Source: Spongospora subterranea f. sp. subterranea
Lineage: Eukaryota
NCBI GenBank assembly: GCA_049724395.1
Contig: JAUGWO010000011.1
Location: 1-64,000, forward strand
Direction of reading: 5' to 3'
DNA length: 64,000 bases
The notes below the pieces were generated by a model. It was not told where the DNA came from. It did not search any database and saw only the letters and a program-made list of their open reading frames with translations. The position numbers and the translations under genes were made by a program. Shown piece by piece: positions 11,480 through 24,719 of the stretch. Within the stretch, counting starts at the first letter, position 1. Each line of letters starts with the position of its first letter.

Positions 11480-14400
11480 ATGACCAATGATGCCGTCCGC
11501 CATACCATATCACACTTTATTGATAAGAACCAACACGCCGACGACGCGCTCCGGCTGGTGCAAAAACATATTGACAACCCTGGGTTCTTGCTGGCGGCGG
11601 TGAAAGCCGTTATTGATGGGGATTGTGACCATTTCGCAGCCGTAAAATCGGCCTTGCATGGGTTATGGAACCAAAACAGCAAACTTAAAGGAGAGCCATT
11701 GGCGTTGCACAAGCTGCAGATGCAGTTGCTTGTCAAACTTGGGCGAGAAAATACGATTTGTAAAGAACTTGCTCTTGATCTTGTTGGGCGTCTTCCTAAA
11801 TGGAGCAGCCGCACTGCTCTTCCCACTGTTCGAATAATTGTAAGGAATGGCAATGTTTTCTATGTGGTTTAGTAATTTGTCACGTCCAAGGTGACTCTGC
11901 TAGTTCGCTCTAAAACCTTCCTGATGACCGCTGCGTCAACTATTGATGAAATTTTGACTTTTGAAACTGAAACTGTATCATTGTCTGACCAAGTTCGAGC
12001 ATTTGACCCCGGTAATGAACGTTACTTTCTGCGTATACAGTAATAAATTTATTGTTTTCAGACCACTCCAAGAAATTGTTCCTAATTTTGTATCAGACCG
12101 CTTGGGACATATCGTGCTCCAAAGCGTGCCTGGAATTTTTTACTTGGCGATGTTGCTCCATGCGGTATTTGTTGAGAAGTGGCGACCATCCTCGCTTTTT
12201 CAAATGCTCATTGCGCTCTGAGCTGGATGCCGCTACGCAAATCAAGGTCAACGTTGACGTAACAGGTTTCATTTGCAGCTGGGCCAAATCTGTGCCCCGT
12301 GCAGAACTCTTTTTCGCCGTCAAATGGATGTACCGTGTCGCGTATACGGCGCTGATACAAAAAGATCTCGTTACACTAGAAACTCGGATAATGCCAAATA
12401 TCAATATCCTTTCTGACGGAGACCTTGACCTCAAAATTCTATCGAGTTGGTGGAGTTCTTTGATAACCGGTCAGGGTTCCATTCCATCCCTCTGTAGGAC
12501 GCTCACTTGATCTGCAACTATATTGGTTCACTCACTTTCATGTCTTTCAGCCAGCATCAGCCCCGATTATTTTGAGCTTGTATCAGATGTGGTCAGACAC
12601 GGCGTCGACTGGTGCCGTTTAACGTACCTCAACGACGGCAGACATGCGAAAAAGTCATGCAGTTCGTGTTTAATCTCGTTCAGAGAACAAAATCCGAAAA
12701 GGGCGTCATATTGTTCGATTTTTTTTCAGTCCGCCGCCGTATATTTGTCTAGTTTTTTCGAGAACATCATAAGGGCGCTGCAATGCTCATTCTCGGTTGG
12801 CGGCGATTTTGATCAAGTTGAATCACAGCTGGATATTGCAGAATCGCTTATCCTTGCTTCAAATCCAATGGATCTCCAAAAGGTGAACGTACTTTCGGGA
12901 ATATCCTTCAACATGTCGGTAATGCTGTTCAATAGTACATACCATGATGTATTTGCTGAGCAGGTACAACTTATGTATTGACATCATATCTCCTCTGTAG
13001 TCTGACTACTATCAAATTAGATGCTTTTGCGAACTGTGAAACTTATTTGCAATTTCGATTTTGATGACAATATTGGGGAGCGTTTGGGTAAATGCCTTGA
13101 AATGGTCAGCGACGTTCGCGCCCGTCAAGGTTAAACCACATTGTTAACCAGCAGGTGATCTAACATTGCATCAAATTAGGTAGCGGCGACTTCTTATCTC
13201 AATTTGGTCCCGCCTTCGCCCGTTGTCCTGCCAGTAGAGCAAAGGCCTTAGCTTTTGCGTTCGCCAACGCGAAATGGCGTAATTGCAGAAATGAACCGGT
13301 ATCACTTTCGGTTAATCGCATAGCCTGTATGTAATCCATCCTAGATATGCTCTGCCGATTTGTTGCCGGAACATGATGAAGAAAAAGCTATTTTGCTTTT
13401 GGAAGCAGAAATCGCCCGGTATTCATCGTTTACAATGTCTTCCTCCGCATTCAGAGCTCTTAGTCATTCGTATAAAACTCTTATAAATTATTGCCCCAGG
13501 TACTGGCCTTCGTTATCTTCTCTCTATTTTGTCTGAATGCCATAAGCAGTGGAGAAAACTATTTCAACATGGCTATGTGTGCTTATTCGCGTCGTGAGGA
13601 TTCGGATGCCCAACATTCGGCAACCCTGGCCCTGACTTTAGTAAGAAGTGATCAAAACCTTATCCCTTTTCATTGCATTAATCATGTGTCCTCCTGTAGT
13701 TAACTGACAACCTACTGCAGTCTCGCTGCCATAGTCTGTTGGCGTCGCTGTATTTGCACGAATCATCTTCATCCAATACTGAAACTCAGAACTTGGCGCT
13801 GGCGCATTTAGGTACACACGATAGTATGAATCTTGGCATGCATTTATCTGTTGTTTTCCCAGATTCTGCTTTAGAGTTACTATGCCCTCGCACAATGCCC
13901 ATCGATATCCTCTCAGAATGTGCCTCTTTGCTGCCAAAATTTTTGGAAAATCTTGTAGACTTAGGAAACTCTCATTGTATCGAATCTCAATGGAATGCCC
14001 TCAAAGAATCTCACACGCTGGCATTGGCAGTCGAAGCGCAGTTGGTCAGGAAGGTGCGGGGGCCGTTGTTGCTCCACTGTCTATGGCTTCTAAAGTCTCC
14101 ATCTCAAGTGACTTTTGAGCTGGCCAGATCGATCATGCAGTTGATTGTAAACATGTACATCGCTACGCTTTGTTGATTTTGCTCTGTTTTGTATATAAAT
14201 CTTTTTTGTTTGTTAGGGATAGCTGTAGCCAATTTACCGAACATTTTGTTGACATGTATAACCGCTTCGGTCAAGATCAAAAGTTTTCCCGTTTTATGGA
14301 TATAATTTTTCTTGGCGCCTTTCGGAACGTGGAGTCATTATGTCATCGTCTGCCAAATTGTGCTTCCAACGCCTTATCAGATTATCTAATGTCGATTTCG

Positions 14401-17251
14401 ATGCTACATCTCCATGCAGGCAACGTACCAGAGGCGTTGCTGGCAGCAGGACAAGCTGTGCGCCATCAATACAACCAACCGCGGCGAAACCAATTTTCTA
14501 TAATTCGCCTTCATCGCTATCTTACTATGCTTGGGGATTTATCAGAGCTAACAGGCAATCATTTGCATGCTTACTACTATTATACTCAGGTATCATCTTA
14601 GTCCATGGCTTCTGAACACGCTTGTTCAAGTTTATCTTGAAGGGATTATCGTTGGCTGAATCTCAATTCTCACCTTGGTCAACGTGCTACTCGCTTTGTG
14701 GACTCGCTCGTATACAACTAAAGCGTCACAAATTTGTGGAGGCGTCGACACTTCTGGATCGGGTGGACGCTATTTGCAGTACTCCAAACTTTTCCTTTCC
14801 CGACATTCAAGCGCTTGCGTGCTTGATACGAGGTGATGCGTCCTCGGATTCAAATTATTATAGCAGGGCGATGAGCCTGTCACCTAGTAAGTCGCACACG
14901 GTTTCTCTTTTATAATTTATTTCAAATTGTTTTGCAGATTCTGTCTTGAAATGTCGACTTTTAAGGCGCATCGCCTATTCCGATACGTCGCCTACGGACG
15001 ATTTGCTTTCTAAGTTGGCGAAGGTTGCCGAAGCTGCTGGAAGCATTCAAGTTGGGCGATACCATTTTATGGAAGCTGAAAGGTTGGCCTCAGCCCACTG
15101 CAGTGACTATTTATGGAAATCGCCGTCATCGCAAGAGCCAGAAGGTTCTTTACCTCGATATCATGTTGTTGTCTGCTTTGACCAGTAACGTCATAGCACT
15201 GTTATCGCGTATCAAATATCATCTTAACAAGGCATGGAACCTTACATCCAATGCTCCGGTAGGTGAATGAGCACCAATAATGTCGATAGGTACTAAATTA
15301 AAGGTTCAAGATCCCTGCATTTCGTCAGAAGTTGACCTTGCTAATTGCTGAAGTTGAAGGCATCTCAAGGCCATATGTCTCGGGTTGGGCGCTCAACGCT
15401 GGTTTGTAATTATTATAATCTGTTACAACTTTGTCGTTCAATTGTCCTTAGGGTTGTCAGTTTCGGTCCAAACAGAATCTTTAATAGACAAAGCAAGCGC
15501 TGAAAATTGTCTCTCCGAGGTGGCCCCGAGGCCAAAATCATCCAACGTTGATATCGAAACATCATGCAAACTTTTCAAAGATGTAGCGGATCATATAGAT
15601 TTGCCGAATCCGACACAACTCTTACTTTGTTTGTTACAGTATTGCATCAACGCAATTCGTCCAGAATGGTCTGTCGTTACTTTGACGTGCTCATCGAACA
15701 ATCTGTATGCATTGTATCAACTCAAAATTTTTCTTAACAGTCGTTGATGGCCACAGTTATATATGCCGTATCAACCATAACGAGCCGCCACTTTCTGTTC
15801 GGGTTCCCAGAAAGGTCCTTGATGAGGTGATCGAAGAATTCAACTCTATCATGGTTCTGAGCAAGGAATCGACAAAGGCACCAGCGGATACTCCAGTTCA
15901 GGTACAATTGATTGCGTTACTGGTTTTACTTCGCTTGGGAACCTCCTGTGCTTACGTAGAGAAGGCAGTGGTGGTCTGAAAGAAACCTGCTGGACAGGAG
16001 ACTGCACAAAATGCTGGAAAAATTGGAGAACGAATGCTTAGGATGTTACAAAGCTCTTCTCTTTGGACACCCAGTAGGAAACAGGTCGCAGAATCTCAAT
16101 AGTAACTCCCGTGGCGGTACGCTTGGTCTTGAATTAATCGTGGGGAATCTAACGATGGATTCAGACGTTCGAAGTCGACAGCTTTGTGTCAATTTTGCGG
16201 CTGGTCACCCACATCTATCTGACACGCAGTTCCAGTTCGTTGACGACAACTTCGGTATAAGCATTGCATAACATCATCATCTGAATTCAACAGCTTACGG
16301 AAATAGGTTTCAACGCGTCCACTTTAATCGAAGCTTTCGACCTGACTGTTTCTGCATCGCGACATCCGGTAGTTCTGATACTTGACAAAACCGTTCAACA
16401 CTTACCATGGGAGAGTATGCCTTGTCTACAAGGCCAATCTGTCTCGCGCGTCCCGTCACTTGTAATCTCTGACGTTTGTGCGGTCCTCATACCGAGGTTT
16501 ACTGAATATGGTAGCAGTTCATGATTGGTTGCCGCGCCCAGCATCACGTTTTGGATCCCAGTTCATCTTTTTATATCCTCAATCCTGGCAACGACCTGCC
16601 TGAGACACAGGTGCGCAAACACATTTTAGTCGAGTCCCTGCCTCATCTTGTGGTCCAGGCCCGCCTTGAAACTGATTTTAGTAAACGGTCGGGGTGGACA
16701 GGTCTTGTTGGCCAACCACCATCTAAAGACACTTACCGGCAAGCTTTGTCTCAGTTCGACTTGTTTCTGTATTGCGGCCATTCTGCGGGAGAGCAATTTT
16801 TCGGCCAACAGGAGCTAAAGAGCAGCACCGTAACTATAGCAATTATTGTTGTTTTGTTCTTTATCTTATTGTGGTTTCCCCTGTGTAGATTCGTTCAACT
16901 TCTTTACTGTTAGGGTGTAGTAGCGGGTTGTTAAGATCATCGGGTGAGTATGAACCTCGTGGCATGTGTCTGTCCTATCTCCAAGCTGGGTGCCCTGCAG
17001 TCCTTGGCAATCTCTGGGATGTGACCGATACTGATATAGATAGATTCAGCCAAGCCCTGCTGAATAAATGGATCGACAGCCAAGATTATCCAGGTCGGTA
17101 TTCTGTTAACCTTTCGACTTGCTCTCAAAACATAGTTTGTTTAGAGTTATCCAGCGCGGTTTCTGATTCTCGAAAATCGTGCAAGCTTACAGGATTAGTT
17201 GGAGCATCCCCAGTTTGTTATGGGGTACCGGTTTATTCCCGGAGTAGGTGA
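11480..17251 (+). CDS. ESP1: Separase (peptidase C50), multi-exon; may extend to 19066 by splicing
   Basis: C-terminal C50 motifs: HPVVLILDKTVQHLPWESMP, FYILNPGNDLPETQ, LFLYCGHSAGEQF (catalytic His), LLLGCSSGLL (catalytic Cys), AGCPAVLGNLWDVTDTDIDRF, GASPVCYGVP. The long helical N-terminal region is split by many short introns; the start codon is tentative. Confidence 0.9.
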
Positions 17252-17376
17252 ACCTTTTTTTTTATCTGATCATTTCTAATGTTTCGCAGGTATATCTAAG
17301 CCATTCATCGAGAATCACAGGTCGGCAGGTTTTTTTTAATCGAGGTTGTATTGGCTTACTTTTTTTCTCTTGACAG

Positions 17377-19066
17377 AAATAATACCGGCCAGGCTGGGGC
17401 GTTGTCAATGGTGCCCCGTGAAGGTCCTACCCAACGCTTATCAGAACCAATAATTCACACTGACGAGATAACTGGCGCGTTTGATGCCCTTTCAATCTCA
17501 ACGCTGACTCAAGAGAATGTTGAACCAGTGGAGTTAGACTGCAACGTTGACACAGCTACCTTCGATGAATCTTTAAAAAAAGGTTTCGGGAACAGGTCAG
17601 CGCGATCGATAGCATCGAAAACTACTTCCAGGATTACTCAGGAGAACAGGGATCCCTTTTCCGTTACTTTTGCTCAGCACAACCTTGAAGACCCACGAGA
17701 TTGCTTATCAAAAGATGTGATTCAAACTCCACAGCGCTCGCGACGGACGCTAAAATCAGCTTCTTCTCGCTCTGTCAGAACAAAGAATCCCCTTATTTTG
17801 CAGAGCGCTGGGACAATTTCTCGAAGGAGACCAATCTTGCTGGAGGATACTAACAATTCGGGGCTTCCAAACTCCCGTGCGCCTGTTCGTAAAATTCCAA
17901 TGGAGTTTAAGCGGTCACCAAATCGAGTTTCTTCTGAAACTTCTGGTCGGTTCTCTCCAAGCAGTCTATCACCACAGAATGAAACCCGACGAGCCTACTT
18001 GAGGCAGGCTCCGGCTTCATCCAATCCTTCCACAGCAAGAGCCGAAACCCGCTCCCCACTCAGCGTCTTTAGCGGCCTATCAAGGGCAAAGACTCTCAAG
18101 CTCGCCTCCAATTCGGAAACGTCGAGCAATTTCCCTGCGAAGGTAGCACCTGGGGAGTCGTCGCCTACGAGTCGTCTGGAATGCCTCGATTCTCCGCTGA
18201 AAAGTTTGCCGACGACACGATGTCGCTCACACACACTGGAAAATCGATGCGATTCCCCGACTGTAGATATTGATGATCAAGCGGTCAGGAGAAAGACGCC
18301 AGGACGCCGTTCCGAAATTCAGGTTGTCGCTGATTCTCCGACGTCAGCTGCCAAACCATTGCCGCCAAAAACTCCAAATCGACCATCCAAGGCGCTGATA
18401 AAACCTGATTCTTTGTGGGACCCTGCCGATAGTCAATCACTTCCGCCAAAAACCCCAGGACGTCGCTCCAGGATTCAGAAGAATGCGACGACTCCGAAGG
18501 GCGTTCCAGTTGAGCAATCACTACCGCCAAAGACACCACGTCGCCGAGCATCGGTTCAGACGGAAGCCGTTTCTTCAAAGACCAATCTCGGGGATCAAGT
18601 ATTCCCACAACAGGCGTCAACTCGCCGGTCAAACATGCTGTCTCAAAATGGACCCTGTGCCGATGAAGACTTACTACCAAAGACACCACGTCGCCGAGCA
18701 CCGACTCAGATGGAAATCGATTTTCATAGCAACGATTTCGATGATCAAATTGTGCCGCCAAAGACGCCAGCTCGCCGTTCAAAGGTGTTAGTGCAGAATG
18801 AATTATTCGCAGATCAAGTATTGCCACCAAAGACGCCAGGTCGCTGTTCAAAGACGTTGAAGCAAAATGCAGCTTGCACCGATGAATCACTGCCGCCCAA
18901 GACGCCAGCTCGTCGCTCCAAGATACTGATGCAAAATGGGCCATCTGTCGATGAAGTATTGCCGCCAAAAACTCCTGCTCGCCGTCTAAGGGCGCAGAAC
19001 GACCTGAGTCAGACTCCTGGAAGCGCTCTTCGCTCTCAGACTCCCCGACTTTCGCGAATAAGATAA
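17377..19066 (+). CDS. Disordered Ser/Pro/Arg-rich ORF with 9 KTPxR CDK-site repeats and a D-box (separase tail exon or separate gene)
   Basis: 1.7-kb open frame preceded by a pyrimidine tract and AG acceptor (17376); repeats PPKTP[G/N/R/A]R at ~18290-18990; RPILLEDTN at 17828-17854. Confidence 0.75.
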
Positions 19067-21959
19067 TACCTGTTTGGTAGACCAGTCGAACGTCTGTGCA
19101 CTGAAACTCTTTTCATATATCATCACCCGCAAAATGATCCTAAATTATTTATGTTTTTCTACAGGTTTGTACCTTGATCTAGTGGGCAATGTGTAAGCCA
19201 TAACTGTCACCCTGTTTCTAATGTTGATCGACTGCTGCGGCTAATTGGTGCAGTTTATCTCTCCTGAATTCTCCATGTTTTCATGATTACGACCTCTTTG
19301 CCCCATAATCCCCCTCCTAGACAGAGAGCCCATGTACCGCTTTGATGGTTGAAAGGTAGCTTATTCTGCACGAAAAGCGGTGTTAATAATCAGATCGGGT
19401 TCTTAGTAAAAGGCTCTACTATCCCACGAGATTGCACGCGTTGACCTCGTTCAGTGGATGAAACTGAGTGATTTTTTGTCAGTCTTCCTTCCACATTTGT
19501 CATGACGATTTTGTCAACGCCAGCAGTTACGTGCTTAAGGACTCCTCTGACCATCAAGGCGACTTCAGCGACAGTCAATCCTTGTTCTGGGTTCGAGCGA
19601 TATACTCTTGGCACCAACATGGCCGAACTGAATCGGTGAAATCGTGCTAAACAGTAAAACAAGGTTTATCTCGTGATCGGCTGAAAATTACGAAGGCGAT
19701 GTTGACAATCACTTGAGCCTATCGGGTTTGGTCGGTGTTTTTCTTGGCCGCCGCTCTTACTGCTGTCCCCAAAAGCAGCAACTTCGGCACACGCGAGGAG
19801 AACGCCGATGCGGGGCACCGCTTTGGCGTAGAGCTTGAACAGGACGATGGAACTCAGAAACAGCTACAGAATCCCCGAGAGGTTATTAATGCAAAAAATC
19901 GAGTCAGGATTCAGTTCGAAGGTCGTGAAATGTTTCAAAGGTAGAAAGGCCACCGATCCCTGCTGGCTCTTCGGTTTTTTTTGGGGACTGCCGAATGAAC
20001 GAGAAATAGACTATGAAGACCCATCGCCATCATGTAGAGTTCGGAACCGGCCACGACGAGAATGGCCATAGAGTCGGCGACCACGAATTCCTGGGAACCC
20101 GAACTCATTGATATCGGGCATGTGTTGAGGATTCCCTGGCGGTTGATTGTCTGACTACAGATGTCGAGCGGATCAGATTTACTGTTTTGACGAGGTCCCC
20201 TGCGACATAGAATATCTGAAACACGGTGAGCGTTGCAATTTTCGAAACAAAACTGGCGAATTACCAGAAGAGCTATGTTGAGTCGTTGTTGAATTTTCGG
20301 GTGATGTCTGTAGAAAACGACAGCGACGCGGTTCAGAAAAAACTGCTCAGTGGCGTTGTTATCTGAGAGGAGAAATTGACGAGTTTGCGTCTCGAAGAAC
20401 GTAGGGGATACAGCGAGGATGAGGGCTAAGGGGCAATAGGCCTTATCGACGAGCGGGATGAAGTCCAGCAGGGTCGACCACCAGGCGCGCTCTTCTCGCG
20501 GTACCACAAGCTGTCGGCGGTCCCGGCGATGAACAGGATCGGGATCACATCGAACGATGTGTGACCCGATGATTTGCGACGGGAGATCGGTCTGAAGAGA
20601 CGACGAGATCCTGAGTCGAAGAGGGCCACAATTTAAACCAACACACTCGGTGGAAAATCGTGGCGTTTTCGAAATCGACAGTGATCCCAATGATGCTGTC
20701 GTGATTGCAAAGAACAGTTGCCGTGCAGGGGATGTCGTACACATTATGTACGATAATGCTCAAAGGGTCAGATTCCCTGCCCAACTTTCCTCAAAACGTT
20801 AGTCTAATAATGACCCTTCGCGTGATTATTGGTAAACAACAGGGAGAGCGAATACTTGGCAATTCGGACTCGACAATAAAGCGTCCATTGACCCCTCATC
20901 ATGGTCAACAATGGTGTCTGATCCAATAACACACACGATCACATTTCACCCTGACTGTGTCAATTGAAATGATCCACATTATTGGCTGGACACAACGCCC
21001 ACCGTTCCCCCGCTGATCACATCTCTCGACGTTCGTGGCGAATGCGTTGAACAACGTGAGATGTTTATTACCCGCTGAGAGGGTTTACCGTGATAACTCG
21101 CCCCCAACGCCAACCAAGATGATACAATAACAATCCCAGGCGGCTGCTATACCGCGCCAATCACGATCGCCATTTTTGTCGTTTTCAAAAAAGCAATCGT
21201 GTACCAGTTTATTTTAGCTGTAGAATCACTGGTGCTTCTGCCAAGTGTTTATACACAGCGTTTTCCTCCAGAGAGAGGAAAGGTGCCGATCAAATGCGAT
21301 GCGACCGACTGGCCGCATTGACTAAATGCCCTGGCAATGGGTCAATGCCTTCCGATTTTCGCCATTCATTTCACCGAAGGCCGTCTCTATCATCTCGACC
21401 AGGCTTTCATAAAAGATCTGTTAACATTTTTTCGAACAAGTGTCTGAACAGTAGCGTCGCCAATGCACCTCTCCTGGAATGCGAATATCGCTTCTTGGAT
21501 TTGTCGTTGAGTGGTTTGCTAACAGCAATAGCGCAGACTCGTTATAAATTGATGGTCATTCCCTCTAAATTTACTCAGTGAATATGTTGCCACCCGATGT
21601 GGACTCTTGCTTTAGCTGTTAGCCACAATCATCAATCAGCGTACCGAAGTGAGTAGTGGCGCGATCGAGCAACGAGCGCTGATCAGGAAACATTTTCAGG
21701 CGCAGTTTAGCGTGGCTGCCGCCCAATGTTCGTAAATCGAAATATTCTCCCCATCCTATTTTAGGTGGATTATCGCCTACTCAAGTGTTTGCGAATACTA
21801 CTCCATAATCTCCACTCAGCGAGTGTTATTCCATGATATCTGCCCCCTAGTGCATCACAGGTATCTTCTGCGACTATCATAAGTTAAGGAATTACATAAG
21901 ACAGTGTCTGGATCTCCTGGCAACAAACGTTCCAAGTTCTTGACAAAGCATCAAAGCTA

Positions 21960-22230
21960 AGTTCCACAATTTCATCGACGGTGATTTTGTTCTATGGGCT
22001 CGTCGTGAAGATTAGCAAATTAATGGTCCTATGGCTTGGCCCGTACAGGATCACCCGTGCCATCAGTGAATGGCACTATCTGATCGATCATTCTGATCGA
22101 GCATTTGATCACCGGCGATCAACTCGAAGCGCATGTTACTCGTCTTAAATTTTCCCTTCGTTGTGCGTCACTCAAGAACTCCTCGATCACGTCTCTTCTG
22201 GCATCGGCTTTGTGGTCGACGGCGAATCGT
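21960..22230 (+). mobile_element. Gypsy integrase C-terminal (GPY/F) relic
   Basis: GDFVLWARRE...KLMVLWLGPYRITRAISEWHYL...EHLITGDQLEAHVTRLKF, similar to LITDSKNDVHASRLKF near 58820-58866; frameshifted. Confidence 0.65.
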
Positions 22231-22534
22231 CGTTCAAACGCCAGGCCGATTCAATTCTAGACGCCACTCGTATGAAACCGTTCATACGCGACAACGACAT
22301 TGCCAATCGAATGTCATCTCGTTTTCGCGATGTCGACTAGCATTTCGCTTTGCTTCCAATACAAATATTCTGCAACCATTTGCTCGTTAAAAACTACCTC
22401 GTTTATTTGAGTCGGTTTTGTCGACATAGAGTTCATCATACGACAGTAGACACCTTCGTGCAACAGCGGGAAGAGCCTCATGGTTCTTTATGAACCATAT
22501 CATTCCGATCTACTGGCTGATTATCGCTGTTCGA

Positions 22535-23956
22535 TTACGGAAGCAGTGTAATAATCGCCTCTCGGATCTCTCGTAGGTAGAGGTATGCAGTCAACATGTT
22601 ATTCGGAGTGACAGGGAGCAGTTGCTGCAATTCTAAAGCAGCCATGAAAACGGGACGGTCCATCTTGACACCGAATAGGTCAGCGAGATCAGCGTCAGAT
22701 CCCGGGAACGCAGCTTGACAATACTGCACAAGCGATGGTGGGATGACATTGCCCGATTGAACAGCGCCGTACAGTTCTGGATACGCATACAGAATGTCGG
22801 GGGCACCTCCTGGATTGATACTGCTCTTTCGCATCTTATGTGCATTCCACTCCTCAAATATCTTGTCAAGGGTTTCTTCAAGAAGATCACCGAACACGAA
22901 AATGGCGCAACGGTATTCGTAATCGTCGTCGACGTTGTAGTTTCCGTCGCGCTCCAAATTTTTGAAGAATTCTATCCAGAGCTCAATACCCATTGAGTAT
23001 ATCTGGTTCCACCAACAGTCAATTCTCTGGTTGGCAACTGAGCGGCCGAAGATATGAGCGCTCTGCCCATAAAAATGGCACAGAACGGCAGCAATCATTG
23101 TGTTCTCCGGGCCGCGATCTGTTCGCTGACGGGCTGGCATGCACCCAACACTTTCAACCGCAGAAAGGTAGTACGCCAGGATTTGCTCTGGCAGGCGATT
23201 AGAGGATCCCCATCCTCAACCACATCAGTTTACGAGACCATCCATCGATTGCCCCATGTATCTCGAATCCGAACTGTCGTAATTTATCGTTCAGGTCGAT
23301 GTGCCACAGCGCATTTGGACCCGCGACCTCACACTCCCGACGGTTTAAACGCCTTTGCAGACGAGATGCGTTTGCATCGGGATCGAGATCGCGTTGGGCC
23401 TCATTGAATGCATCACGTGTGACGTTTGTATTGTACGTCTGGCGCAACCTTAACGTCATTGTTCGGCAACCCATCAAACGACCGTCACCCTGAGATTCCA
23501 GAGCGACCATTGATTCGACCAGCGTTTGCGGTAAGTGCTTCCTGGCGCTGATCCCCTTTTCCTACAATCGAACAACGTCATCCGATGTTCCCTATCGCAA
23601 ACCTTCACAATCAATTAATCACGATAAATACCTGAATAATATACTCTAACGTGCGCAGTGATATGTTTTCGTTATATTCATTCTGCAGAAAGTGCAAAAC
23701 TTGCTCGTACGTCTTGCCATGACGAATCATGCATTCGACGTCAGCCAACCATTCATTGGAAGCGCTGCAGCGCTGTCGGAGCAATACAGCGAATCAGGCC
23801 GTGCCGTTTGATCCATCTCTGAACGGTGCGAACACTGGCATTGATTTGACGATGTTCGCGAAGCCGTCGAACTATTTCTTCGCTGGATTCACCGGTATCT
23901 AGCCGCTGCTGCAAAAACTCGACAACGTCATTGCCACAATGAATGCGATTAACCAT
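22535..23956 (-). pseudogene. IS3EU-like (integrase-core DDE) transposase pseudogene with N-terminal HTH repeats and one intron
   Basis: GPNALWHIDLNDKLRQFGFEIHGAIDGWSRKLMWL, PARQRTDRGPEN, GRSVANQRIDCWW, EEWNAHKMR; N-terminal SVRTVQRW and ISLRTLEY HTH-like units; GT-AG intron 23562-23631; frameshifts near 23205 and 23775. Confidence 0.8.
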
Positions 23957-24052
23957 GACTGGCTGCTGAGATTCGAATTTGTTCAGGCGGGGAGACGATT
24001 AATCTTATTGTTAGTTGACAACCTGGTCGAAACACAACAAAATAATTTCAAA

Positions 24053-24285
24053 TGACGCGGAGTTGCGGTACTGGGATGGAGAGAATGTCAACTGACGCGG
24101 AGTTGCGGTACTGGGATGGAGAGAATGTCAACTGACGCGGAGTTGCGGTACTGGGATGGAGAATGTCAACTGACGCGGAGTTGCGTAATTTGCGGAAGTC
24201 ACTCGCAAAACTTGGAATAGAGTCGAGTCATTGAGTCGACTCCGCATCTCTAACTGGGATGGAGAGAATGTCCCCTGACGCAGAG
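24053..24285. repeat. 40-bp tandem repeat (3 full copies plus partials)
   Basis: TGACGCGGAGTTGCGGTACTGGGATGGAGAGAATGTCAAC at 24053, 24093, 24133 (2-bp deletion), partial at 24171, and a displaced partial at ~24253. Confidence 0.92.
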
Positions 24286-24303
24286 TTTCTGCTCTCGTAT
24301 TCC

Positions 24304-24630
24304 GAAGCTGCAGCAACATGTCCTTGAACGTGGTCTGAAAACGCTCGCTAATTTGAACTTTTATGGCCAAGATCCTTCGCGGGAGAAAACTGGGGTAAAA
24401 CATTACGAGCACGAGATGATGAACTTCGAACTTTTGGGCCGTCCATATATTAATGGTCTCCGTTCTAACCAAACTTCAACTTGATTAATCGGCCAACAAA
24501 GCTTGCGGATAAAGTTGAGAATATCAATAATGAAGGCGTGACAGCGAATAAGGTCATAGATGTCAGAAAAAGTGCACTGCAGCAAATGTCGACACTGAAG
24601 GACGACAATACAATGGATGCAGGAGGACGC
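24304..24630 (+). repeat. Dispersed repeat, direct copy at ~56125-56485
   Basis: Shared GAAGCTGCAGCAACATGTCCTTGAACGTGGTCTGAAAACGCTCGCT... through ...CAATGGATGCAGGA; both copies translate to VENINNEGVTANKV.DVRK.ALQQMSTLKD. Confidence 0.9.
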
Positions 24631-24719
24631 TGTCTCAATTTGTTCCTGAACTACATAAAAATTTCCTGGTTTGCTTCCGACTAACAATTTTTTTTTTTGA
24701 AAATGTTGATTCCACCACC

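Noticed and set aside
18285..18968. 227-aa - strand ORF
   Set aside because: Antisense shadow of the repetitive KTPxR ORF.
19390..21700. Long - strand ORF 19935-20744 and neighbours as genes
   Set aside because: No recognisable motifs; the sequence looks like decayed TE-derived DNA that I could not classify.
24053..24186. CRISPR-like 40-bp repeats
   Set aside because: Head-to-tail tandem copies without spacers, in a eukaryotic context.
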